Shown here in pieces: positions 37,135 through 52,100 of a stretch of 64,000 bases of DNA; the stretch's first letter is position 1, and the number at the start of each line of letters is the position of its first letter. Location of the stretch: assembly GCF_000327385.1 (NCBI RefSeq), contig NW_008709540.1, positions 24,238 to 88,237 of the forward strand. Reading direction: 5' to 3'. The position numbers and the translations under genes are program-made. The notes below the pieces were generated by a model. That model saw only the letters and a list, made by a program, of their open reading frames with translations, made no database searches and was not told the DNA's origin. This DNA is from Lottia gigantea (Eukaryota).

Positions 37135-37219
37135 AATGGTTTTGATTATATTTTAACTTATTTTGATGATCCTCAGTCAGCCTTTCCTTCATTCTGCTAC
37201 AACTGGTTGGCTTCATCAG
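37135..37219 (+). CDS. STARD7: STARD7-like exon 7 encoding NGFDYILTYFDDPQSAFPSFCYNWLASS(G).
   Basis: Acceptor tttctttcag|. Donor G|gtatcc. Matches human NGFDYLLTYSDNPQTVFPRYCVSWMVSSG. Confidence 0.7.
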
Positions 37220-37490
37220 GTATCCTCTACTTTTACTTTCTAAATCTATTAGCGCTGTGGGTTCAAATCTGTATTAATTTTATCCTGTCATTTGTATTAG
37301 TCATAATTAAGCATCCAATCTTGTTCAGCGAGTTGTTTCACTCTTAAACCTGGAGTCTTATGTTCTTGTCAAATATGAATATCTGCAATGTTACAAGATA
37401 GAAGATGAGGTCCATTATCAGTTATTTTTGTCACTGTTATGAGATAAAACGTTAATTTTTATCCGTAATTATCATAATCTTATATTTCAG

Positions 37491-37738
37491 GTGTACCTGA
37501 TTTTGTCGAGAGGCTTCATAAATCTGCGATAAACATGAACAAGAAAATGAAAACAGGATATCGGCCCAGTTATATACCTTGTCGAAACAATATTAATAAC
37601 AATAACAATTACTCAGCCTCGGATAACAATCGAAAGGATAACAAATCTTCAACAACATCAGAAGGAAATAATAACAATAACGCTTCAATTCATAACAATC
37701 AAAGAACAAGTGGAACATCTTTGTCTCAATACGCTTAA
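37491..37738 (+). CDS. STARD7: STARD7-like exon 8 (last) encoding (G)VPDFVERLHKSAINMNKKMKTGYRPS..., followed by an Asn-rich low-complexity tail and a TAA stop.
   Basis: Acceptor tatatttcag|. Matches human MPDFLEKLHMATLKAKNMEIKVKDY. The joined CDS is 1263 nt (420 aa) with all phases consistent. Confidence 0.7.
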
Positions 37739-40078
37739 ATATCTCATGTTGGATAGAATTTTATATAATGTCTAGGGGCATTATTTTCTGGAAACTCTAT
37801 AGAAACACTTTAGACCATTCTGAGATTGTGGGAATCAACTGATCACATCTCTTTGAATGTAGATGTGCCAATTTGTATGCATTTAACCTGTTTAATGGCA
37901 TAAATTCAAGAAATAAAATGGCTGTGCATGCATAAAAAAATTGAATTTTTGTTGTTGAAAACTTTGTTCTATAAATCTGATTACTGATTGCTAGACTGCT
38001 GTTGGGAATTGCTGATTTATTTATACCAAAAAGTCAAGAAACTAATAAGCATTCTAAAAAAAAAAATATGTCAATATTGTGGAAGCTGTTAGTGATATCT
38101 AAGGGCCCTTGCGATAGCAACATCATAAAGCGCTTAGTTTGAGTTGAATGGCAGGAACCTCCAATAACTAGCTGAAAATTGGCCAATTTGATGATATCAG
38201 TGTCCCTGATATACATAACAAGTTTTAAAAACCTCTTTACTATCTATTTAAACAGTAAGAAAAACATTATTTTGTTAAATTATTTATTATGAACTTCAGG
38301 AAGGTGAAAATTATACAAAGTTATGAACAATGTGCGAACCAGAATAAGTTTTATTATTCAAAGTTATGATATTACACTTCCAGTACTGAACAGATATTAG
38401 TATTTGCTACAATATTAATGACAGAGAATGTATTTTAAGGTCTGTTTGTTAATGATTTTTCTGGTCATCCAGTTGTTAAATATAACAGTAGTTATTATGT
38501 GTGTCTGAATAAAATGATATTACCAGTACTATAAACAGGAGTGAATTTAATCATTGTTGTCTGGCAAATTAAGCCAAATCAACGACCCTCTTGCCCATAC
38601 AAATATCAGTTTACAGTTTCTATCAACAACACTCTTGCTATCTACTTTTATTCCAGAACTAATACATCGTGTGTCTCAATAAAAACGTACCAAAGTTCGA
38701 CGGGTAGTATCTCAGCTGGGGGTAAACTGATCTCTTTCAAAATTCTCACAGATATACTTCAAGATATCGTTGTCCAACTTGTATTTTTTGAGACACCCAA
38801 TATAGTTAGTCATTGCACACTGCATGGGGTGGTCTGACCTGTGTTTCATGGTTATATTATTGAGAGGTACTTTTATAACAGAAGGTGTATACCCTGTTTG
38901 CCAATGTGTCTGTTTAATATGGCTGATGGGTTTATTTATATAGTGCTTTCTTGGCAATGATGATGCTTAATCTTACATGATTGTGTTGCAATGGCGTTTC
39001 TATAAATCCTTTGGTGAGGAGCCCAAGTATAGCTACAGTATTATCAAGGGTAATAATTCTTTTCCAATGTAAAAATGATGTGATTAATTAATAGTGAAGG
39101 GGGTCTCTACAAAAACCCTTGTCATTAAATGCCATGGTTGACTATTTTTAGGGGTAGGTTTGGGTCTTCAGAAGAACTACAACTGCACAAAGATTGAATA
39201 ATCACTTCAAATATAAAAACTTATTTTAATTCTATTTTTATATTCAAGTTAACTGAAAAAACTGATATAAATGTAGGTAAAAAAATGTTTGAATAAAATA
39301 TTTCCAACATTTTACAACACAAATAATATTAGAATCTAATGAAGAACAATTATCACAGGAAATTTCAATCACATTTCTACTTTAAAGGTTAGTAATTTAT
39401 ATATAAAAAAAACATTAACCCATTCAACACTAGCAGTGGCTCTAACAGCTACATAATTATATGGCCTTTAACCCTTCCAACAGTAGCGGTGGTTTTACCA
39501 GCTAAATATTCATGAGAATAAGTTCTACTTGTCCAAATAGTCCAGTAGGGACGCAGGCTGAAATAGGTCAGGCTGAAGATCGTATAGAGTGAAACTCTGA
39601 ATAACAACATGTTTTTTTGGGTTTTTGTTTTAATATTTACAAGTTATATACCCAGGCTGAGGGAGCCATTGTTACCAAGTGACATGACATAATGTTAATA
39701 TAATACACTTGAAGTCTTATAACTTGCAGTTCAGGGTATATCATGTTTTTTTTTTCATCACACTCAGTGTTCAAAGGGTTAAAGAAGAATGATATAAATA
39801 AAAATAAAGTTACATTCATTTCACTGAAATAGCTTATATAATATAAGTTTCTTTGACTAAATCACATTTTAAAAATATAAAGAGTACCAGTATTTCTGAC
39901 AACTGTCTAAAAGATTTGTTAAATGTATGAAAAAGGTAGGGGGTTTATTAATGTAAATGCTATTGTTAATAATAACAAATAATGATGCAACTACAACAAT
40001 GGCAGGTGAACTACAAACAATAGTTATCAGAAAGCCACTGTTCTGTTTTCGAAAACTTGTGTTTTTTTAAAATTCTGT

Positions 40079-40192
40079 TTAACTCGTTTGACTGGCACCA
40101 ATCAATCCATTACTGGTATTGAAGAGGTTGATGGGATTGTTGCCATCGGTTACCAACATACTCTCTAAACCAACACTCTGTAGCAGTTTAAT
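40079..40192 (-). CDS. MVP: MVP terminal coding exon encoding [37 protein letters not shown].
   Basis: Acceptor tatttcag|. The TAA stop is at 40079-40081. Confidence 0.8.
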   Translation of the reverse strand: MKLLQSVGLESMLVTDGNNPINLFNTSNGLIGASQTS

Positions 40193-43100
40193 CTGAAATA
40201 AAATCAAAACATCATCAGTTAACATCAGATTAAACTGAAGCAGCTGAAGGATTTCATAATATACGTGAAATCATAAAATAAAAGGGATTGGTGTAGCCAA
40301 AATATATGAAAGTAGAATGCATGTTTGTAGGGATATGGCTTGAATAGGCTAAACACTGTGATATAGTGATACAACAGAAGTTAGGTGAAATGCAAGAAAG
40401 GCTTTTTAACCTAATTTCTTACGATAATAAAGTGATTATTATTAACAGTAATATTTTGGAATCTATCCCAATATAGATGAATTCTTTCGTCAATCCCCCA
40501 ATAGAGAGCTTAGTTAAAGTTCATACAATGCTTACGCCGATTTTTTGTTTTGTTAAAATATAAATAATTATCCTACCTTGGTTTCTGGTCCAGCTCGTGC
40601 CATGGCCTTTAATGTTTCTACTCCCAGAGCATTTACTTTATTTTCAAAGTTATTGATCTAAAATACAAAATAATATTGTGGTAATTACAAATACTCTCAA
40701 CAAAAATCATACATTTCAACCCTGTTGTGTTCATTAACTGGAGATTTGCCTTAAAAAATCTGGAGATTGGCCTTAATAAATTTGTGAATTATAACATCCA
40801 AATTGGTTTTTTTTCTTTTTTTTATCTTTTTTCTTTTAAATAAGCCTTAAGCTATGTAAATTATTTATGAAAGGCCTATTATAGGTCTATATGATGCAGG
40901 AAAAGTGAATTACAGCTACCCTTATTTTCAAACACACAAGACAGTCCATTGCAAGCTGTGTCAATAAATAAAGGTGACACAGTGACATTGAATGACTAAC
41001 CTACACTGATGTCCGGCAAAGGATATTCATCCTCGGTCATTTGAGCTGCCCTGCCGGTCATGTCTGGAAAATAGAGTCAAATAAATAACTGCCTAATAAC
41101 TCACCTCAATGGCTGCCATTCTCTTAGTTCTGTTTAATTCCAGTTCATTTTCTTTCCTTAAATAATCTATTTCATATCTTCTCATCTATAGAATCATATA
41201 GAGAGAATTAAATAATCTATTTCATATCTTCTCATCTATAGAATCATATAGAGAGAATTAAATAATCTATTTCATATCTTCTCATCTATAGAATCAAATA
41301 GAGAGAATTAAATAATCTATTTCATATCTTCTCATCTATAGAAATAAATAGAGAGAATTAAATAATCTATTTCATATCTTCTCATCAATAGAATCATATA
41401 TAGAGAATTAAATAATCTATTTCATATCTTCTCATCTATAGAATCATATAGAGAGAATTAAATAATCTATTTCATATCTTCTCATCTATAGAATCAAATA
41501 GAGAGAATTAAATAATCTATTTCATATCTTCTCATCAATAGAATCAAATAGAGAGAATTAAATAATCTATTTCATATCTTCTCATCTATAGAATCAAATA
41601 GAGAGAACTAAATATTCTATTTCATATCTTCTCATCTATAGAATCAAATAGAGAGAATTAAATAATCTATTTCATATCTTCTCATCAATAGAATCAAATA
41701 GAGAGAATTAAATAATCTATTTCATATCTTCTCATCTATAGAATCAAATAGAGAGAATTAAATAATCTATTTCATATCTTCTCATCTATAGAATCATATA
41801 GAGAGAATTAAATAATCTATTTCATATCTTCTCATCTATAAAAATAAAATAAGTGGTATGAATTAAATGAAATAAAACAGAAGCATAAGATATGACAATG
41901 TTTGATGCTATTGGGCAAATTTTAACTAAACGAGATTTCAAAAAGAATTCATGAGATTAAAGATGACCAGTGTAATAAACTGTCAATAATCAAAGAAACA
42001 AAACATCTAGATCTACAATGTAATCAGTTTGCAATGAGTTCATTCTGGAGTTAGTCTCGAAGATGAAGAATATTATCAGTAATATTTATATATCTAACTA
42101 ACCTGTATTTGAGATAGAAGTTTTGCATTATGTTCTATTGTCATTGCCTCCGCTTTTAATTTAGCAGCTGTAATATAAAACAAAATATCATGTGTAACTT
42201 TAATTAACATATATCATTACATTCTTTCAAATCAATCAAAATCTGTGATAGCTACATCATAAAATGCATTGTTTAAATGTAATCATAAAATCACAGGCAT
42301 CTGTCTGAAAATTGGAATTTGCAAATCGATACTACCACTTAATTTAAGAAATATCCGTGATGGACCCATTCAGGTAACCATGATTATATCTAAAGATTTT
42401 ACTTGATCAATTAAACCTTGAAGAAGTCTTTACTTATGATTCTAGTTCCAGTTGTAAATAAGTAAGGATAATCCAGGAAAGATCAATCCCTATAAGTTTG
42501 TCAAGTACCAGCTGGAATCCTTTTCTTTCTTTCAATCTTTTTCTACCTACCTTCAATTTCACTGTGACATTCTATCAGAGTTTTCTCAGCGTTGGCCTGG
42601 GCTTCAGCTTTCGCCTGCCCAGTTGATTCAACAGCTGCTGTCATTGCACATAATTCTAATAACTTTGTTCTCTCCCTTTCTGAGTTACGTTCATTAGCCA
42701 GTTTCTGACGTTCTAGGTTGCCCTTAGCGATTTGTTCGTTTCGTTGAGCTTCGTGTGATGCTGCTGCCTCCACAGAACTTGAAAACAAAACCAAGAAATA
42801 TCTCTGAAGTACATGTCTTTACCATAAAACAAAATATCTGTATCTTATTCTGTATTTTTACGAAAATTCAGTAATCTGATTGGATAATTAACTCAATTTG
42901 AAATCAATATCTATGATTGACATCTGTTTGAAGTTTTAAGAATAAGGTCCCAGAAGTTTACTAAAGTTATTGTATGAATATCATTATTATTCGGCAAGCC
43001 CTTTTTAGGATAAAATAGTCGTACCTAGTAGATATTTCTATAGCCATTTGAACTGATTTACTCAGTGAATCTCTCATCTTTCTATCAACAGGTTCAATAG

Positions 43101-46100
43101 ATTGAACATCTAAACTTGTTATTACCTGTAAATATAATGAAATGTTTTAATTTGGTCAGCCAAATTCACCATCACTGTGTAACAAATAAGGACTGCGAAT
43201 CCCCCCGCTTCAAATGTATACCTGAATATAAAGTGAAAGTAGAAATAATATAGTAAAAAAAAAAATTTGAACCTACCAGATTATTGACGTCAAATTGTAA
43301 TTTAGAACTATTAACACCAAAAACAGCATACTGTATAACTTGCAGAGAATTACGATGAAATTTATCAAATGGAACTTGTGCTATAGCGCCTCTTATTTTC
43401 CCTCCTGAAATAGAATAAATAACAATAAAATAACAATAAAATAACAATAGAATAACAGTAAAATAACAACAAAATAACAATAGAATAACAATAACAGTAA
43501 AATAACAAAAGAATAACAATAGAATAACAAAAGAATAACAATAACATTACAGTAGAATAACAATAACAATAGAATAACAATAGAATAACAGTAAAATAAC
43601 AATGAAATAACAATAAAATAACAGTAAAATAACAATGAAATAACAATAGAATGACAGTAAAATAACAATAACATAACAGTAAAATAACAATAGAATAACA
43701 ATAACAATAGAATAACAATAAAATAACAATAACAATAGAATAACAATATAATAACAATAAAATAACAGTAAAATAACAATGAAATAACAATATTGATAAT
43801 ATATGGCTATTGTAATTTTAATTCATAAAAAGAAGCTCTACAAGAAGTTTAAGAAATGGAGGTTTTAGATGCTGATTTTCTAATGTTCACAAATTGTGAT
43901 AAGATCATATTGTTTGTGTATAGAATGTTGTTTAAAATCAAATAAAAAAAAACACATACCTATTTGGTTACAAGCAAAACCAATAAAATCAGGAACAGCA
44001 AATATTTTCTCTTCATGTTCAGAATCAATCTAAAATATATTTCAAACAAACTTCAAAACAAACCTAACGTCCAACACATTGTGATATAAACTTGAATTAA
44101 TTACTGAAGATCAGTGGAGGTTAAATTATACATTGTCATAAGGAGGCTATCTGAAACAATTCAGATCAGAGAATTTCTAAATAGATTTTAAACACAGTGA
44201 TCTCTGGTTCCATCTAATATTCACAGCCTGGAGCACACGTGACCTTGAATTGCTCATTATACGTACAATATAGACCTATTCAAGATAAACTAAAACAACA
44301 TAAATATTAAAATCCCAACATACCTCAAAATAATTATTAAAAGCTATTTTTATTTGTAATCTGGCATGATCTGAAGTTTCAACCTGAAAAAAAAAAAAAT
44401 AGTTAAATTTATAAAAATACCATTGGACCATACAATTATAATTTGAAATGAATATTCATAGACTGATGATGAATATTAATGACCTACCTCTATAATGTCT
44501 GTAATAAAATCAGGACCTAACAGCAGACATAATGACTTTAATGCATTTGGTACTTTAGGTTTACCAGCTGGAATACAAGCAGAAATCACTTTCAGGAAAT
44601 CTACAGAAACATTTATAACAAAACACATACCTTACATACCTTATAACAGTTCTTAGAATTCAATGATATACAAAGGTGAAGTGCAAAGAATAATATCTTT
44701 TTCATGATGCAAAAAGCCAGTCCATACCACCTGCCTAAGTTCACTTACATGTACACTATTTGAAGAATTTAGTTCAGATTAACTGTGTCAAGAACAAGAA
44801 CCATGTTACATACCTCACAGCATCCCGAATACTTATAAGAAATATAATTCTATCAACTCACCACTTAAAGACAGGACATTGAAGTTTTCATGAGGGCCAA
44901 GAATAACTAAATCTGGTCCAAATATAACTCTAGCTGTCTTCTTCTGATAGTTATAAACCTATAAAACACAATGTTTCAATAACCTATAATCTGAAGTCTA
45001 GTTCTGCCGTGTATTTTGTATTAGTGTAAATTAGTAAATTATGTTATATTTAGTTTAAATATGGTGTATTTATTTTCTAATTTTATGGAGGATGTGGTGA
45101 CATATAAAAAACAATAATAAATATTACCTGTACAGCAGTATTACCAGGGCAACGATATGTAACAACTCTTGTTTTATTTCTTCCCTATAAATCATTGCGA
45201 GAGAAAAAAAAAAGTAATGTTTATACGTAATTAGATGACTTGGAATCTTGTGTTCAATTTCAGAAAAAAAACCACCTATAATAAAAATTGACAGTAAGAA
45301 TACTAGGAGAGGTGGGTTAAATAATCTTAAAATATGACTCAAGATGATATCCAACCCCAGATCTCAATTTCATCAAGCAAACAACTTGCTTATTAAGTCA
45401 GTGCAGCTTCCATCTAAATTATAAAACATATTATTACAGACCTTCCAGTGATTATGGTAGCTTTTAACTTCCTGAGCAAAAGAAGTTTCCAGTAAGAACT
45501 GTTTGTTGAAGTGAACAAAACTAAATGATTCAGTAAAGATGCCCCTAAATGACGATAACTTACCTGTAATATTTTAGGATCTATGGACTGTTCGTAATAA
45601 GCTAATTTACGAATCTCACCAGATCCGCTGCCACCACCTTGTCTAAAAATATATAAATAATTCTAAATACATAAACAGAGTTCAATTCTAATATTAGTCT
45701 TGTGTTTAAGTAAAAAACTCTGTTGAAACTTTACTATATTTATATGTGATATGGTGAAACTGGTGAATTGCTCATATATTATCATTTTAAAATTTGGGAT
45801 ATTTTTTGAATTTCTGATAGAGAACTATGTTTTGGGGTTTTTTCCATAAAATAAAAGTTTTCTATTTTGACCAATGCAAGATCTAAGAATATTATACAGG
45901 GTAAGATGAGCTGAATTAATCAAGGAAACACAACCTACCTTAACAATTCCTCAACATCATCTGAAAGTATTTTAGCCCAGAGTTCCTCCCATTCTTGTAA
46001 CATATAGGAACACTGTCCCATCACAGACCTTACTTCACCAGTTCTAATATTCTGTATATAAATACCTTCATTCTTACTTAACGGTACTGCCACTCTTGAA

Positions 46101-49100
46101 AAAATAACAATGGAATACTGTAGAATGATACTGTTATACAGTGTTAAATCCTATAGGTTTGTTGATGGGTTTTACCGTAATTAAAATCAATGCAGAACAT
46201 ATAAATACTTAAATAATAACTGGCAGCTGGCTCAAGTAAATTCTATGTTTACTCCTAAGCATATAATAATTCATTTTAACACAGGTTTACAAAATACTTC
46301 AGATTTTTTGCCCAGCATTAACGCAATAAGCCATACTGGTTTTCTTTCATCTTAAATATTGTAAGAAATGGTGCTCATTTGGTTTACAAGTCAGATAAAT
46401 TAGACTACAATCTGCCTCTCTCAGTCCTCTGTATATTTTCTATTTGGTACGAATCTTACCTCTGTGACAGTATTTTAACGTGTATCGGTGGAATATATTC
46501 TAATGGTCCCGTTATCATCCATCTATCTCCAGCCTTTCTTATTACTTCCTCTGAAAACACAACTATTATGATTATTACTAAGGATTGTCACAACATCATC
46601 ATTAAACTTAAATAGAAGAACAAAAAATATTTATGTTTACCACAGATCTTTACAATATCAAGCTATTACCAAACACTATACAATGTCAAGCTATTACCAA
46701 ACACTATACAATGTCAAGCTATTACCAAACACTATACAATGTCAAGCTATTACCAAACACTATACAATGTCAAGCTATTACCAAACACTATACAATATCA
46801 ACCTATTACCAAACCCTATACAATATCAACCTATTACCAAACCCTATACAATATCAAACCATTACCAAACCCTATACAATGTCAAGCTATTACCAAACCC
46901 TATACAATGTCAAGCTATTACCAAACCCTATACAATGTCAAGCTATTACCAAACCCTATACAATATCAAGCTTTTACCAAACCCTATACAATATCAAGCT
47001 ATTACCAAACCCTATACAATATCAAGCTATTACCAAACCCTATACAATATCAAGCTATTACCAAACCCTATACAATATCAAGCTTTTACCAAACCCTATA
47101 CAATATCAAGCTATTACCAAACCCTATACAATATCAAGCTTTTACCAAACCCTATACAATGTCAAGCTATTACCAAACCCTATACAATATCAACCTATTA
47201 CCAAACCCTATACAATGTCAAGCTATTACCAAACCCTATACAATGTCAAGCTATTACCAAACACTATACAATGTCAAGCTATTACCAAACACTATAAGAA
47301 GAAGTTAATAGTTTGACATTGTGTGCCACAAAGGACTTAAATGTTAATAATTCATGTCATTGTGAAAACAAACCTTCCTCCAGATCATCTGTAAAGTCCT
47401 CTATTGCCTGTAGTACTAGAGTTTCATCAGCTGATAATATTCTCGTATTCTGTATTCCACTCTCTAGTTTCTCTCCTGGAACAATAATAATATAGGTAAG
47501 CAAACAAGCATCTCTCTTGTTAACTTGAAATATTTCAGTTATAGACAATCTGTACAGAACCAGTGATTGTTCTTCAATATATCCAACCATCACTGATGTC
47601 ATTATGACACAAAAAACATTACTAAATTAATTAAATAAACCAATAAATTAATGGCACACTACCCTTCTCAATATCTCCTATAAATATAAACAACACAATA
47701 CTGTCCTTTGCTCAACACAGTCTTCTCTACTCTACTCAATATATCCTATAAATATAACAACACAATACTGTCCTTTACTCAACACAGGCTTCTCTACCCT
47801 TCTCAATATATCCTATAAATATAAACAACACAATACTGTCCTTTACTCAACACAGTCTTCTCTACCCTTCTCAATATATCCTATAAATATAAACAACACA
47901 ATACCATCCTTTACTCAACACAGTCTTCTCTACCCTTCTCGATATATCCTATAAATATAAACAACACAATACTGTCCTTTACACAACACAGTCTTCTCTA
48001 CCCTTCTCAATATATCCTATAAATATAAACAACACAATACTGTCCTTTACTCAACACAGTCTTCTCTACTCTACTCAATATATCCTATAAATATAAACAA
48101 CACAATACTGTCCTTTACTCAACACAGTCTTCTCTACTCTACTCAATATATCCTATAAATATAAACAACACAATACTGTCCTTTACTCAAAACAGTCTTC
48201 TCTACTCTTCTCAATATATCCTATAAATATAAACAACACAATACTGTCCTTTACTCAACACAGTCTTCTCTACTCTACTCAATATATCCTATAAATATAA
48301 ACAATACAATACTGTCCTTTGACATTGGCATTTCGCCTGGTTATCTGAATCAGATCACAAACTTAGTTAACACAGTATAAAGGCTTGACTCAAAATCCTT
48401 TTTCTAAACCTATGAATAAGCTAGTGTTTTAAATGCTGTAGTACTTACCACACCAATCTGAGGTATTATCAGATCTGTTTGTTCACCAGTTACTAACCAT
48501 GCTTCACCAGGTAATCTATAAATACAAACAAATCAGACTCACATTTGTAAGATAAACCTATAAATATGATGTTTGTAGTAAATCATTTAGTAAGAGAAAC
48601 CTAATAAATATTATGTCTTTAGTTAATCATTTAGTACGGGAAATCTAACAAATATGATGTTTGTAGTAAATCATTCAGTAAGAGAAACCTAATAAATATT
48701 ATGTCTTTAGTTAATCATTTAGTACGGGAAATCTAACAAATATGATGTTTGTAGTAAATCATTCAGTAAGAGAAACCTAATAAATATTATGTCTTTAGTT
48801 AATCATTTAGTAAGAGAAATCTAACAAATATGATGTTTGTAGTAAATCATTTAGAGAGAGAAACCTAATAAACATGATGTTTGTAGTAAATCATTTAGTA
48901 AGAGAAACCTTATAAATATGATGTCTATAGTAAATCATTTAGTAAGAGAAACCTAATAAATATTATGTCTGTAGTTAATCATTTAGTACGGGAAATCTAA
49001 CAAATATGATGTTTGTAGTAAATCATTTAGTAAGAGAAACCTAACAAATATGATGTCTGTAGTAAATCATTTACTAAGAGAAACCTAATAAATATGATGT

Positions 49101-52100
49101 CTGTAGTAAATCATTTAGTAAGAGAAACCTAACAAATATGATGTCTGTAGTAAATCATTTAGTAAGAGAAACCTAATAAATATGATGTTTGTAGTAAATC
49201 ATTTAGAGAGAGAAACCTAATAAACATGATGTTTGTAGTAAATCATTTAGTAAGAGAAACCTAATAAATATTATGTCTTTAGCTAATCATTTAGTAAGGG
49301 AAATCTAACAAATATGATGTTTGTAGTAAATCATTTAGTAAGAGAAACCTAACAAATATGATGTCTGTAGTAAATCATTTACTAAGAGAAACCTAATAAA
49401 TATGATGTCTGTAGTAAATCATTTAGTAAGAGAAACCTATAAATATGATGTCTTTAGTTAATCATTAAGTAAGAGAAACCTAACAAATATGATGTTTGTA
49501 GTAAGAGAAACTTAATAACTATGATGTTTGAAGTAAACAATTTAAGAAGAGAAACCTAATAAATATGATGTTTGTAGTAAATCATTTAGTGAGAGTAACC
49601 TAACAAATATGATGTATGTAGTAAATCATTTAGTAAGAGAAACCTAACAAATATGTCTGTAGTAAGAGAAACTTAATAACTATGATTTTTGAAGTAAACT
49701 ATTTAAGATGAGAAACCTAATAAATATGATGTTTGTAGTAAATCATTTAGTGAGAGTAACCTAACAAATATGATGTATGTAGTAAATCATTTAGTTAGAG
49801 AAACCTAACAAATATTATCTGTAGTAAGAGAAACTTAATAACTATGATTTTTGAAGTAAACTATTTAAGAAGAGAAACCTAATAAATATGATGTTTGTAG
49901 TAAATCATTAAGTTAGAGAAACCTAACAAATATGATGTCTTTAGTTAATCATTTAGTAAGAGAAACCTAACAAATATGATGTCTGTAGTAAAAGAAACTT
50001 AATAACTATGATGTCTGTAGTAAACAATTTAAGAAGAGTAACCTAATAACTATGATGTTTGTAGTAAATCATTTAGTAAGAGAAATCTTTGAATATGATG
50101 TTTGTAGTAAAACATTTAGTGAGAGAAACCTTGTAAGAGAAACCTAATAAATATGATGTATGTAGTAAATCATTTAGTAAGAGAAACCTTTAAATATGAT
50201 GTTTGTAGTAAATCATTTAGTAAGAGAAACCATGTTATGTTCATAGTAAATGATGTAAGCATATCAACTGGTACCTGTGTTTTCCCATAAAGTCTGTGAG
50301 TCTTTCTGTGGCACCAAGATGATAGCCAGTGTCGGGGGTTAGGGTTATTTTTTCCTCCAGTCCAAGGAAGTTTTCATGAACTCCTTGTAGGTAGGCGCCT
50401 TGTTCTGTGATGTACCATTCTTCTCCTGTAACTCTCCTCCTGCAAATACAACTTTAGTCTATTGTCTACAAAACGATAAGAAATTTTGAATCAAGTTATT
50501 GCTCTATGGCAAGACAATGTAAACAGAAAAATTTATTGGTTATCGCCTTTTGTGTCAGTAAAAAAACCCTGAAAATGAACCTTTCGAGATCATTTTATGT
50601 TTTGGATATAAAATCCTCATCAGGACAGAGGTAATAATTGAAAAAGGAAGTTTAACTTACCTGCCACTACTATCAATACAGTCTTGTTTAGCAGATAGTC
50701 TTAAAACTTGATCCATTTTAATAACAACTGGTTCAACTATTTTATTTATTTCCTGTTTAAATATAACTTGTTATCATATACAACAATTCATTAAATATCT
50801 GGACATAGACAGGGTGATTCTAGGTGATCCAAACCATTTAGTTCAGTTTGCCACATTATTTTCATTACTTTGATATTTACACCATGTTTATACAAATTTT
50901 AGGAACAAACCCCCAGAAGCAGATAATATCTGTTTTTCATTCTATTTTCCCTTTCCCTGTCTTAAAGCATTTTGGATGTTTTAAAAACAAACCAACCCTT
51001 GTTTAACAGTCAGGTTTTAATAGATATAATACCTCCTTAAAACAAAAACTTAAATTTTCAAAAATTTGGCTGAAAAAATTGTTGTTTTGAAAGGGTTTGA
51101 CTGCTCTGTTCAACATCAGAACTATAAACTTAAAAATAAAAAGACAAAAGACTCACTGCCTCGACTGTAGGTATATAGGTGATGGGTCCTTCAATATGCC
51201 ACATATCTCCAGCACGACGGACCACACCTCCATCATCATGGTCTACCAGGGCTGTCACAGACAACGCATGATTAGCAGGAATTACTGGTAGAGGCTTGAT
51301 AGCACTGGAATAATCTTTGGATGTTTTACCAAAATTCTCAGCACCATACAGAGATTCACCTGGATACAGTGGAAATGGTTCCTGGAAGTGAAAAACATGT
51401 CTTACCTGTAAACCCTTCATTTGTAAATGAACTCATCAGAACTAAATTACAGTATACTCTGCGTAATCCGACATACATTGGAACCGCAAAAAAATGTCGG
51501 ATTAGCGAGAGTGTCGAAGTACTCAGAGTTTCAACATTTTTTAACATGTTACCATTTATAGCTCAATGACCCACATTCTATACACGGTACCTTTCTAATA
51601 ATAAGACAGTAATAAAAGACAATTCAGTTGTATACGTTACTATTATTTTGTACATTTTATCCAACTGATAGAAACAATGCCTGCTTGGACAGGTTCAATC
51701 TATGGAACAAGAGGTACAAGTATAATACCAACAAGATATAAGATGCTTCACTGACTGTGATGGTCTGAATTATTACTTGTAATGAAAAGTATACAAATTC
51801 TTACCCCATTCAGTCTAACTTCTGACTGACCCATTTTCAATTCACAGAACTTCCCAGCTTCATATTTACTAAAATATAACAAATTTATAGAATCAAATCA
51901 AAATTAATTTTACTTACTTTTTTTTGTAACTAATACTACTATAGCCCAACAAGGATCATGCAACAATACATGACATGATGCACAAGGGAATTCAGAGTTT
52001 CAAGTTTAAAATAGCCAGGAAAATGTTCCAATGATGTCAATATGTGGTATTTCCACCTTATTTCCATGATCTGAATAACTTGAATATACCTCATTGGATT

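Noticed and set aside
46633-47316. ORFs of 227, 204 and 189 aa on the plus strand (YYQTLYN[VI]KLLPN… repeats) and minus-strand Leu/Phe/Tyr-rich ORFs at 43172-43790.
   Set aside because: They are translations of the 28-bp and 9-bp-unit intronic repeats in the MVP gene. Only 43277-43404 within the 43172-43519 ORF is a genuine MVP exon.
18640-50230. Possibility that the many regular tandem arrays are CRISPR arrays.
   Set aside because: The units are contiguous with no unique spacers between them. They are embedded in spliceosomal introns of eukaryotic genes, and there are no cas genes. They are minisatellites.
51420-51460. Apparent extension of the MVP 'EPFPLYPGE' exon upstream through '[13 protein letters not shown]', which superficially resembles human 'GQVRLRH'.
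   Set aside because: The in-frame stretch hits a stop 5 codons further up and no acceptor there fits the phase. A separate micro-exon (51785-51848) with clean tattttag/gtaaga signals restores the frame between the flanking exons. The resemblance is therefore treated as read-through into the intron.
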